Of a stretch of 54,566 nt of DNA, positions 26,987-35,847 are shown one piece after another (position 1 is the stretch's first letter; each line of letters starts with the position of its first letter). The stretch is from Vampirovibrionales bacterium (GTDB taxonomy: Bacteria > Cyanobacteriota > Vampirovibrionia > Vampirovibrionales > JAJTHC01): contig JBIKUS010000001.1 of the NCBI GenBank assembly GCA_044347425.1, positions 1 to 54,566 on the forward strand, read 5' to 3'. A program made the position numbers and the translations under genes. The notes beneath the pieces are model-generated. The model saw only the letters and a program-made list of their open reading frames with translations. It searched no databases and was not told the DNA's origin.

Positions 26987-27217
26987 TTAACGGTGCTTTC
27001 GTTCCAACTCAACCTTTATAAATGAAACAGGGACAGGAGCGTCTTGTAAGGTATCATTTAGTAAGCTGATAATACCATTTTTAAGCTCAGTCACAGCCTC
27101 TAACTCATCGTTACCTTTGCAAAGCAGGTTAAACACAGGTGCAAAGGCAATAAAGGCTTTTTCGTCTTCGCTGTAGGCGAGAGTATATTCAACTTCTTTT
27201 TCAATAAACTTAGACAT
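26987..27217 (-). CDS. HicB-like / UPF0150-fold small protein (start uncertain; alternative starts at 27301 or 27325)
   Basis: YTLAYSEDEKAFIAFAPVFNLLCKGNDELEAVTELKNGIISLL fits the HicB N-domain pattern. No DNA-binding domain. Confidence 0.45.
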   Translation of the reverse strand: MSKFIEKEVEYTLAYSEDEKAFIAFAPVFNLLCKGNDELEAVTELKNGIISLLNDTLQDAPVPVSFIKVELERKHR

Positions 27218-27578
27218 ACCAAGATTTCGCCGTTCTTGAGGCTTTTGTGAACTCTTTCGGGGTTGTTTAGTTATTAATTTGATACTAGTCTGAGCAACCA
27301 TAATAGTTTTTGCTACGACTTTCACAAGACAAAGGATCCGACATAATACTGTTATTATAGTTCATCTAAGCGCACAGTTCAATACTATCCTTTGAATAAT
27401 ATACTTTGTAGTGCCTTAAAAAGCGATTCTTGTAACGAGTGTAACGCTACTATTACAGAGTTGGCCTTCCCCCAGCTTGCCCAATTATGGCGGCTAGCCT
27501 TGTGCAAACTGCCCTAACTTGGTTACGCTTAACAATAACCTACCCTTACCCTACCTTCGCACCTAAAGAGAGAGCCAC

Positions 27579-29567
27579 ATGAGCGAATTTTTTGAGCTTA
27601 ACCTGCAAGCCTTGGCCACCAAGCCTGTGCATAAGCCCGTTATCAACGCACTAAACAGCTTCATCCCACCCCTCACCCCTAGCTTTGAGGTGATGGAAAC
27701 CGAGGCGGGCGACCTGACCCTTGTACGCAACGGGATCCCAATCCACGCCGTCACAGGGGCTATTGCCGAAGCCAGTGCCTTAGTGACCGCCGAGCTACAA
27801 TCCCGACGCTACGCACAAAACATTGTGTTTGGCCTTGGGTTAGGCTACCTGCTACGTGCTACCGTAAAGGCCAAACAAGCCGATGCCATTGTGAGCAAAG
27901 TCCTGGTCTACGAACCCGACCTCGAACTCCTCCACTTTATTGTTAGCAACGTCAACTTGGCAGACTACCTAAGCCACCCAGACGTTACCCTGCACCACCT
28001 GCCCCTCACCCTGTTTCAAACCCTTAACAGCCGTTACATACAAGGCGATGGCCTTGGGCTGATGCTGCTACCAGGCCAAGCTGCTGCCTACCCCACCGAA
28101 ACGCAAAGCATTGTTGAACGCCTTGAACGCAACACCGACAATGCCGCCCGCAACACCGACCTGCTTAAACTCAGGGCTAAAGACTGGTCAAAACACTTCC
28201 TCAATAACGCATCACTATTGCCCCAAGGCTTACCCGTAGACGAATTAAAAGGCTTATTTGCAGGGCAAACCGTCGTGCTGGTGGGTTCAGGCCCTTCGTT
28301 GGGCGACCAGCTTGAGGAGCTACGTGCAGTACGTGACCACGTGGTGATTATGGCCGTGGGTGGGGCGGTTAAAACCCTTGTCAATGCTGGCATTACGCCC
28401 CATATCGCTTTGTTTATGGATTTTTACGGCCCTAAGCAACAGTTGCATGGCCTGCACGAACCCCTCAAAAACTCACACATTATCTCGGGGCCTAGTGCCG
28501 AGCGGGTGGGCGTGGGGCAACCCTGCCTTAGCCGCTGGTGGGTAAGCATGTTTTTTAACGAGCAGTTTAGTTGGTGCTTGGATGCCGCCTTTGACCGTAC
28601 GCTTGCCCGCTTCCATACGGGTGGTACCGTCTCGATGCTGGGCTTCCACATAGCGTTTGAGTTGGGATTTAGTCGCTTTATTTTGCTTGGGCAAGACTTA
28701 GCCCTGCGTGGTACCCAAATGTATGCCGATGGTACCCAGATTGAAATTGGCGATGACGATATTTTACGCTTGCCTGAAACCGAAACCACCAACGCCAAAA
28801 GTATCGCCTTGCAAACGGTACGAGGCTGGGAAGAAGGTACACTGCTCAAATCTCCCACAGATTATGCCTACTACATTCTCAACTTTCAAAACGTGGTGCA
28901 ACTCACCCTAGATGAACGCCCCGAGGCAGAGCTGTACAACACCTCGGTAGGGGGAGCGTTTATTGAAGGCTACACCCACTGCCCACTGGCCGAGCTTGTC
29001 CCTTTACTGACCAGCCTACCTACCACCACTATAGACGAACCTTTACAAGCCCTAGCCAAGGCAAAACTCACTCCTGAAGCTAGCTTGGCCATAGCGCAAC
29101 GCCACACCGAAACCTTAAGCTACTTGCTAGGCCTAGCCCAAACGTCGTTGGCGTTGGTGCAGCAGGCTAAGCCTAAGTTGCAAGCCTTACTTAACAGCCC
29201 ACCCTCGCAGTGGTTTAGCCTCTCGCAAGCTTATAGCGAGGTGTTTAACCAACTGGCCGAACAGCTTGAAAGTACGCCTTTTTACGAGTACACCCTGTTT
29301 CACGAACAGCTGACCCTGTACCAAAACCACCGAGACAACGCCACCACCAACGACGATCACCGCCATAACTTTAACCTTGATGCGCTGTACATGGCCGAAC
29401 TTGATAAAGCCATAGGGCAAGGGCTTATTCCACAGTTAACACAGGCTATTAAAGAGCTGGTGGCCACCTATAACTTACCCACCCCTGCCGTGCTGTTAGG
29501 GCAAGGTAAGGCCTTACCGCCTTTGGTAAGCCTCAGCCAGCCTGTACAACCTGCACCCAAGGCGTAA
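27579..29567 (+). CDS. motility-accessory-factor (Maf) / DUF115 (MptE-like) family protein
   Basis: GQTVVLVGSGPSLGDQLEELRAVRDHVVIMAVGGAVKTLVNAGITPHIALFMD matches the DUF115 core pattern. Confidence 0.6.
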   Translation: MSEFFELNLQALATKPVHKPVINALNSFIPPLTPSFEVMETEAGDLTLVRNGIPIHAVTGAIAEASALVTAELQSRRYAQNIVFGLGLGYLLRATVKAKQADAIVSKVLVYEPDLELLHFIVSNVNLADYLSHPDVTLHHLPLTLFQTLNSRYIQGDGLGLMLLPGQAAAYPTETQSIVERLERNTDNAARNTDLLKLRAKDWSKHFLNNASLLPQGLPVDELKGLFAGQTVVLVGSGPSLGDQLEELRAVRDHVVIMAVGGAVKTLVNAGITPHIALFMDFYGPKQQLHGLHEPLKNSHIISGPSAERVGVGQPCLSRWWVSMFFNEQFSWCLDAAFDRTLARFHTGGTVSMLGFHIAFELGFSRFILLGQDLALRGTQMYADGTQIEIGDDDILRLPETETTNAKSIALQTVRGWEEGTLLKSPTDYAYYILNFQNVVQLTLDERPEAELYNTSVGGAFIEGYTHCPLAELVPLLTSLPTTTIDEPLQALAKAKLTPEASLAIAQRHTETLSYLLGLAQTSLALVQQAKPKLQALLNSPPSQWFSLSQAYSEVFNQLAEQLESTPFYEYTLFHEQLTLYQNHRDNATTNDDHRHNFNLDALYMAELDKAIGQGLIPQLTQAIKELVATYNLPTPAVLLGQGKALPPLVSLSQPVQPAPKA

Positions 29568-29576
29568 GGCGATAGC

Positions 29577-30956
29577 ATGACGTTGCCCCTACCTGATACC
29601 TTAACCACGAGCCACCCCTTAACCGTTGTAGGGGCTGGCTATGTGGGCTTAACCTTGGCCACGGGCTTAGCGACCCATGGCCATAAGGTGCTGTTGGTAG
29701 AGGCTTGCCCCCATCGTTTAGCCGCCCTGCAACAAGGCGTGTCTCCGCTGGCTGAGGTGGGGCTGCAAGAGGCCTATGCCAAGGTATGGGCTACTGGCCA
29801 GCTAACCCTTTGCCCCCATGCCCAGTGGCAACCCGCCACCGACCCCGCCGTAGTGGTGTTTATTGCGGTGGGTACCCCCACCGAGGCTACCTCGCCTCAG
29901 TTGGATACCGCTGCTCTGTGGAGTGTGGTACGCCACATAGCCCAAACAGCACAAAGCACTAAGGGGCTCGTCATCAAATCAACCATCCCTGTGGGTACGA
30001 CACAGGCCGTGGCTGAGTTTTTAGCAGAGCAACCGCCGTACTTACCCCAGCACAGTGTGGCGCACATGCCCGAGTTTTTAAGCCAAGGGCAGGCTTGGCA
30101 CGACACCCTTCACCCGCAACGGCTTGTGATAGGGACGGAGGATGCCTCGTTAATTGCCTTGTTACGCCACGTGTTTAGCCCGTGGTTGGCACAAGGTAAC
30201 GTGCCTTGGTTGGCTATGTCTCCTGCCTCGGCAGAGGTGGGTAAGCTGGCAGCCAACGCCACATTAGCCTCTCGTGTGGCCATGACGAATACACTCCACT
30301 CGCTGGTGCAGGCCACCCCCACCGCTCACTGGCCTAGCGTGGCGCAACTGCTCCAAAGCGATGCTCGCCTAGCGGGGTGGGGTTGGCAACCGAGCCTTGG
30401 CTTCGGTGGTTCGTGCCTGCCAAAAGACACGCTTGCCTTAGCGCAACATGCCCATACCGTGGGGGTGGAGCCTACGATGCTTGACGCTACTTTGGCCACC
30501 AATAGCCATAGGCTGGCAAACACCCTAGCTACACTAAACCAGTGGAGGCAACAGCACCCCAACCCAGTGATTGGCGTGTTGGGTTTAACCTTTAAAGCTG
30601 GGTCAGACGATTTAAGGGCATCGGCGGCGATGGCCTTGGTACAAGCGATGCTAGCGCAGGGGATGATCGTACTTGCCCACGACCCTACCGTAACGGCGGA
30701 ACGCTTGGCCTTAGCATTACCTCAAACAGAGGGGTTACAGGTGGCCAGTTCGGCGCAACAGGTGCTAGCCCAAGCGGGAGCCATTGTACTGGCGACCCCC
30801 TGGCCACTCTACCTAAAACCCGACTTATGGCAGGGGTTGCCCGCAACCACCTTGGTGATTGATGTTGGCCAGAGCTTACCCGCCCCATCGTTCAAAAGTG
30901 CGCCGTGGCCATGGTTGACACAAGCCACGCCACAGGTACAGGTATCTTTGCCATAA
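29577..30956 (+). CDS. ugd: UDP-glucose/GDP-mannose dehydrogenase family protein
   Basis: N-terminal VVGAGYVGLTLATGLA Rossmann motif and the catalytic GFGGSCLPKD motif. Confidence 0.85.
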   Translation: MTLPLPDTLTTSHPLTVVGAGYVGLTLATGLATHGHKVLLVEACPHRLAALQQGVSPLAEVGLQEAYAKVWATGQLTLCPHAQWQPATDPAVVVFIAVGTPTEATSPQLDTAALWSVVRHIAQTAQSTKGLVIKSTIPVGTTQAVAEFLAEQPPYLPQHSVAHMPEFLSQGQAWHDTLHPQRLVIGTEDASLIALLRHVFSPWLAQGNVPWLAMSPASAEVGKLAANATLASRVAMTNTLHSLVQATPTAHWPSVAQLLQSDARLAGWGWQPSLGFGGSCLPKDTLALAQHAHTVGVEPTMLDATLATNSHRLANTLATLNQWRQQHPNPVIGVLGLTFKAGSDDLRASAAMALVQAMLAQGMIVLAHDPTVTAERLALALPQTEGLQVASSAQQVLAQAGAIVLATPWPLYLKPDLWQGLPATTLVIDVGQSLPAPSFKSAPWPWLTQATPQVQVSLP

Positions 30957-31098
30957 GGGCGCTGGTAAGAGGCTAGCGAAAAATAACTTAATGTGCTAAA
31001 ATAGAGCTAAAGGTTCCCTTTTGCTGATAAGCACCCAAGGGGTTCTTCTTTAAGAGTTTTCTCTTAAAGGTAGGTAAGAGGGTCGTTTTTTAAACGAA

Positions 31099-31767
31099 CT
31101 AGGAACCGTAATTAAATTGACTGTATTCACTACGAAGAGCTTCTTGTATTTTAGTATAATACAAATCTTCACCACGCTCCCAACGCCTTAAAATTGCCCA
31201 GTTGCAATAATCAGCAATTTGTAAACCGTAGTGAGATGACGAAGGGTGATGTAACAGATGATATTTGACACCTTTGGGGATTAAAGCCTGCAATGTCTGT
31301 TTAATGTTACCTTCAACCACTTTTCGTTTTGTGTTAATGGGGATAGTATCCGTGATAACAATTAGTTTTGTAGGGATGTTGGACTGATTGCTGAACTCTT
31401 CTTTGATAACTTTTGCCAATAAGTGAGCAAACACTCTCGTATACACATAATGTTGGTTACGTTTTTCTTTTGTAACTTGCGTTCTGTCAATAATGACAGA
31501 ATCTAACTTAAACGAGTTTAAATGGTTAGACAAAGCACCAAACACTTTGCCTTTAACATGTTTGTTATCTTCGCAAGCATGAAAATAATGGTGAGCTAAT
31601 CCGTATTCTATCAGGTCATACTTGTAAGCATCTAGCCCAGCGTCTGCAAAAAAGGGCCTTTTTGTTGTTAAGCATGTGTAGGTAAAATATCGGCTGCCTT
31701 TGTCGCTAAAATCAAAGTTACCACCTTCGTCTAAAAAACAATAAAGTACTCGTTCGTTCATAGCCAT
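31099..31767 (-). CDS. DUF3800 family protein
   Basis: LYCFLDEGGNFDF opening and C-terminal YGLQIADYCNWAI fit the DUF3800 pattern. The gene is visibly AT-rich. Confidence 0.7.
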   Translation of the reverse strand: MAMNERVLYCFLDEGGNFDFSDKGSRYFTYTCLTTKRPFFADAGLDAYKYDLIEYGLAHHYFHACEDNKHVKGKVFGALSNHLNSFKLDSVIIDRTQVTKEKRNQHYVYTRVFAHLLAKVIKEEFSNQSNIPTKLIVITDTIPINTKRKVVEGNIKQTLQALIPKGVKYHLLHHPSSSHYGLQIADYCNWAILRRWERGEDLYYTKIQEALRSEYSQFNYGS

Positions 31768-31887
31768 AAAGGGTAACTAAGTTAGCCTTAACTGTCAATT
31801 CTTAATCACGTACAATCCTAGGGCATCGTTTACAGGTTACTTAAACGCAAGCCTCACCCTATTTTAACCCTATCTCTGAATCAGTTG

Positions 31888-32262
31888 CTAACCCTCTAAA
31901 TCAGCCAAGGTGGTTTCAATATGCCGAGCAATGGCGGGAATGACACTCTTTTGTGCATCATCTGGCATGGCTTGCAGCAACAGCATTGCCGAACGGAGAC
32001 TTTCATCAGCGTCAAACCAGCGGCGGCTGGCCACTTGTTGCTTTAAGGTTTCGGCGTGTTCTAGCGCGGCTTCTACACTGCTAGCGTCGGCTTGGTGGCT
32101 ACGGTGCAGGGCATCCAGTTGCTGATGCTCAATAATCACTTTAATAATGTTAATAGCCACTTGGGCATGGTAGCGGGTATCGGCTTGTTTTAACAGGGCT
32201 AACGCTTGCGAGAGTGCTGGGTCTCGGTCGTACCATCGGCTAATGAAAGGCTGGCTATTCAT
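31888..32262 (-). CDS. hypothetical helical protein
   Basis: 124-aa ORF with host-like composition. No motif recognised. Confidence 0.5.
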   Translation of the reverse strand: MNSQPFISRWYDRDPALSQALALLKQADTRYHAQVAINIIKVIIEHQQLDALHRSHQADASSVEAALEHAETLKQQVASRRWFDADESLRSAMLLLQAMPDDAQKSVIPAIARHIETTLADLEG

Positions 32263-32438
32263 GGTGGGGGGGTGTGGTTACTCCGCACAAAACACTCAAA
32301 CAAAACAGCACCTACCGCTACCACGTATGGGCTTGCCAAGGGTCTCTGTTAGCCCTAGTATACTTAAGGTAAGCCTGCTTAGGTGTTTAACCCCCTCAAG
32401 GTTAAGCTGTTTAGTGGGTTTTCGCTTTATGTGTCCAT

Positions 32439-32512
32439 GGCATTGTAGCTCAGTTGGTTAGAGCATACGGTTCATACCCGTAGTGTCGCTGGTTCGACTC
32501 CAGCCAATGCCA
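32439..32512 (+). tRNA. tRNA with CAU anticodon (elongator Met type; lysidine-modified Ile2 not excluded), CCA not encoded
   Basis: Hand-folded: acceptor GGCATTG/CAATGCC, D GCTC/GAGC, anticodon stem TACGG/CCGTA with loop TTCATAC, T-arm GCTGG-TTCGACT-CCAGC. Confidence 0.9.
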
Positions 32513-32542
32513 TTTTACCCACCCCCCTTTTGTTTGGGGTTA

Positions 32543-33853
32543 TCAATTGTTTTTATCTTGGCGTTGCTGACGCAAGCCTTCACGCTCATCTAAGTAAAGC
32601 AGCGTATCACTCACATATTGGGCGTAGAGTATCAGCAAAGCATCCACGCCTTGGGTGGGGCTAACGGCCTTGGTTGTTTCATGTTGGCGTTGCCGTTGCC
32701 AAGGATCCATGGCACTACCTGCTACAGGTACCAGCCCACCTTGGTTGGCTTCTGGCGGGGCTAAGGTAGCCCATTGCAAGGTAAAACTAGGCCACAGGCT
32801 TTTAGGTAACTTCTCTTTTAACTGGCTCACCAGCTTGGGGCGATGCACCTCTTTACTAAAGCGTTGGGTTTCGTGTTGGCACACAATGCTACAGTGTTGC
32901 GCCCCACTACCACCCGTAGGCGAAGGCACCAAGCGCAACGCTAAACGGAAGCGACCAAGGTGTGCTGTGGTTAAATATACCACCAGTTGCTGCTCGTCGC
33001 TCGGGGTGGTTTCTTGTTCACCCTTGCCTTTACCTTGGCTGAGCGGCACAATGGCCTGGCCAGCCACTTGCGGCACCTGCCCTTGCCATGGTAGCCATAA
33101 ACAGGTGAGCGCATCGGGGGCTTTAAAAGGGTCAAGGTTGGGTAGGTACATGCCCAACAAGGTACTCAAGCCTTGTAAGGGCGATGCTTGTGTTTGGCTA
33201 AGCTGCCGTTGCACCAGCTCAAACAGTACCTGTAATTCTTTACCCATCCCTTTTTGCATCACGCCTTGGTTAGTTTGCAACAAGCCCGACAGTTTTTGCA
33301 GAGCCTCAGTGAGTTGTTGGTGGGTAAAGCCTTGTAGGCCTTCAAGTGTCAACAAATAGCCCGCCTGCCCTTGCCCCAAAAGGGTCAACCACTCTGCCGC
33401 ACTAGGGGGGAGCAATGTCCTTGCACTGAGCGTGCCGCAGCCTTGTTGTTGTAACAGCAGCCACAGGGCATCTGCCAAATGTGGCGGTAAGTTAAACAGC
33501 TCTCTAAAATAAAGGCGCATTTCAGCCGAGGTGGCTGCTGGCAACGCAGCACCCATTTCGGCAGCCAAGAGAGCCACCTCAATTTTAGGCGCATACTTTG
33601 AAGGGCTGCCTTTAACAGCCGAAGCTGTGCCTGTAGACTGTGTGGGGCGCATGGTGGTTTCGCCCGCTGATTTTTTCATGGTGGCATCATCCGTACTGGT
33701 TGGCAATGCTGTGTTGGCTGCCTGACGACTACCCGCCCACCCATACCCCAATGACAAATCGGTCATGGTAGCAAGCGTAACGCCTCCGTGGGGTGTTGGG
33801 TGTGGTTGGCTATAAAGGTAAGCCTGCGTTATCCCTAACCCATGGCCTACCAA
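32543..33853 (-). CDS. hypothetical protein, possibly FliK-like (start uncertain: 33853, 33766 or 33679)
   Basis: Long ORF whose antisense ORF is Cys/Trp-rich junk. VVYLTTAHLGRFRLALRL...VSQLKEKL loosely resembles the Flg_hook C-domain pattern. Confidence 0.5.
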   Translation of the reverse strand: MVGHGLGITQAYLYSQPHPTPHGGVTLATMTDLSLGYGWAGSRQAANTALPTSTDDATMKKSAGETTMRPTQSTGTASAVKGSPSKYAPKIEVALLAAEMGAALPAATSAEMRLYFRELFNLPPHLADALWLLLQQQGCGTLSARTLLPPSAAEWLTLLGQGQAGYLLTLEGLQGFTHQQLTEALQKLSGLLQTNQGVMQKGMGKELQVLFELVQRQLSQTQASPLQGLSTLLGMYLPNLDPFKAPDALTCLWLPWQGQVPQVAGQAIVPLSQGKGKGEQETTPSDEQQLVVYLTTAHLGRFRLALRLVPSPTGGSGAQHCSIVCQHETQRFSKEVHRPKLVSQLKEKLPKSLWPSFTLQWATLAPPEANQGGLVPVAGSAMDPWQRQRQHETTKAVSPTQGVDALLILYAQYVSDTLLYLDEREGLRQQRQDKNN

Positions 33854-34182
33854 GGTGAGTGTCGGCTAAAAGGCTGGCTCCGCTAGGGGTAGGGGGTATT
33901 TTGTAAGGTTTTGTTACGTTAGCCACTATGGGCGGTGGGTAGCCCTCGCCTTTTGTTTGGCGTATACTGTGGCTTATAGCCGAATAAAGAGTTTTTAGTA
34001 CTGCCTGTAGCTACTAGGAGCTTAGACTCGCAGCAACAGGAGTTTAGACAGAACTCAATGACTGAGCGAGAATCGTAGCGTTGATTGCGAAGCAATCACT
34101 CGGCTTGTCGCCAACGTAGATGCACAGTAACAGAAATTATTTATTTGGCTATATAGCCTTTGTTGCCAGCGAGACCCCCATT

Positions 34183-35067
34183 ATGTCCTCCACTTCTGCC
34201 TTGCCCTTAACCCATATACGTGTGGCACACAGCCCTGATGCTGACGATGCTTTTATGTTCTACGCCCTAGCCCAAAACAAGGTAGATACCGAAGGTCTCA
34301 CCTTTGAACATATCCTTAAAGACATTGAAACGCTGAACCAAGCCGCCGTGCAAGGTACGTATGAGCTGACGGCACTCTCGTACCATGGCTACGCCCACGT
34401 GGCTGATAAATATGCCATTCTGCCTGTTGGCTCAAGTATTGGCGACAAGTACGGCCCTGTGCTGATTAGCAAAACACCTCTCACCAAGGCCGAGCTTTTG
34501 GCCAGCGGTAAGCCCGTGGCCATACCAGGCCCCTGGACGACCGCCACTCTCGCCCTGAAACTATGGGAGCCAAACCTACCCACCGAAGTGGTGCCGTTTG
34601 ATCAAATTACCGAGGCCGTAGCTTCGGGACAGTACCTTGCTGGGGTGATTATTCATGAAGACCAAGTGACCTACCAAGCCAATGGCTACCACAAAGTGGT
34701 TGATTTGGGCGAATGGTGGTTTGAAGCGACTAACTTGGTGCTACCCCTAGGGTGTAATGGTATACGTAAAGATTTAGGCGACGAGCTTATACAACGCATT
34801 GGCCGTGTATTGCTTCGTAGTGTGGCGTGGGGGCTAGATAACCGAGCCGAAACCCTAGCAGGCTGCCAAAGCTATGCCCGAGACCTTGACCCTGCTCTGA
34901 CTGACAAATTTGTGGGCATGTACGTCAATGATATGACACTGAATGCCGACACCGAAATACGCAAAGCCGTCAAACTCCTGTTGTGGATGGGCTACGATAT
35001 GGGCGTGATTCCCCAACGGATTGAACCTGAATGGGTCAACCTTGAGGGTGTGCCGCTTAGCGTTTAA
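34183..35067 (+). CDS. MqnA/MqnD-family (VitK2_biosynth) protein, futalosine-route menaquinone biosynthesis
   Basis: HSPDADDAFMFYALAQNKVDTEGLTFEHILKDIETLNQAAVQGTYELTALSYHGYA closely follows the MqnD-type pattern. Confidence 0.7.
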   Translation: MSSTSALPLTHIRVAHSPDADDAFMFYALAQNKVDTEGLTFEHILKDIETLNQAAVQGTYELTALSYHGYAHVADKYAILPVGSSIGDKYGPVLISKTPLTKAELLASGKPVAIPGPWTTATLALKLWEPNLPTEVVPFDQITEAVASGQYLAGVIIHEDQVTYQANGYHKVVDLGEWWFEATNLVLPLGCNGIRKDLGDELIQRIGRVLLRSVAWGLDNRAETLAGCQSYARDLDPALTDKFVGMYVNDMTLNADTEIRKAVKLLLWMGYDMGVIPQRIEPEWVNLEGVPLSV

Positions 35068-35468
35068 CCTTCGGCTTGTTGTAAAGCTAATAAGGCAAGT
35101 CGTTGTGCTTGCGGGTTGCGCCTTAATTTGGCGGCCAATGTGGCATTGATACGCACTTGAACTGTTGGTTCAGCTTGTTTGCTATTTTTTGGTCTGCCAG
35201 CTCCTGGGCGCGCACCACCACGGCCACTGGTTATGGCTTCGGTAGCTTCGGCAACTTGCCCTTTTAAGCGGTCTTGCAGAAACTCTTTTAAAACCAGTTT
35301 GTAGCGTTCTGTCACTACGGCAGGGTCAGGGTCGCTGTAGTACACCATGGGGTAGGCAGGGTGTTCAAATAGGTAATGTCCTTCGTCATACTCACTAGGC
35401 CAAGGGGTAATGTCGCCAATTTCGGCCAAGGCTGTGGCTAAGGCAAGGTTAAGTGCTTTTTGAGTCAT
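35064..35468 (-). CDS. hicB: HicB-like antitoxin candidate
   Basis: Overlaps the upstream HicA-like gene by 4 nt (ATGA). GRGGARPGAGRPK basic segment and a C-terminal helical region. Confidence 0.5.
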   Translation of the reverse strand: MTQKALNLALATALAEIGDITPWPSEYDEGHYLFEHPAYPMVYYSDPDPAVVTERYKLVLKEFLQDRLKGQVAEATEAITSGRGGARPGAGRPKNSKQAEPTVQVRINATLAAKLRRNPQAQRLALLALQQAEG

Positions 35469-35665
35469 TGGGGTAAAACCTCCAAGGTTTTTTTGACACT
35501 GATGGCAACGACTTCGTTGCCAGGGTGTGTGATAATGATATTGGGGATGCGGACGTTACCTTGCTCGTCTACCAATTTCCAGTCAACAGACCCTTTAACT
35601 AAACGCCACCCTTGCTTGCGGATGAGACGCTCGTAAGCTTTGCGCTTCATAGGTTTAAAAGGCAT
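35465..35665 (-). CDS. hicA: HicA-like (YcfA family) toxin candidate
   Basis: 66 aa. ERLIRKQGWRLVKGS...IITHPGNEV..VKKTLEVL follows the HicA pattern, but reads GSV where GSH is usual. Confidence 0.5.
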   Translation of the reverse strand: MPFKPMKRKAYERLIRKQGWRLVKGSVDWKLVDEQGNVRIPNIIITHPGNEVVAISVKKTLEVLPQ

Positions 35666-35847
35666 GGCAAAGTATCCTTATTATAACTCTATTTTAGAAT
35701 AAATGGTGAGAAAAATCAATAAATCTTTACGCTTAGTACAGCCTCAATTGTTAAAGCAAGGCTAACATCGGCTAATGAGCAGGCGAGGTATGTTACACTT
35801 TGTTTTAGTTATTATGATTAAATGAGCTTTTTAAAGAGAGTATCCCT

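Noticed and set aside
34046-34066. TAGACAGAACT shared between 34050-34060 and 52535-52545, with GTAGACAGA again near 49263. Considered as a dispersed regulatory motif.
   Set aside because: An exact 11-mer shared somewhere within about 109 kb of two-strand sequence is expected many times by chance, and the flanks do not align.
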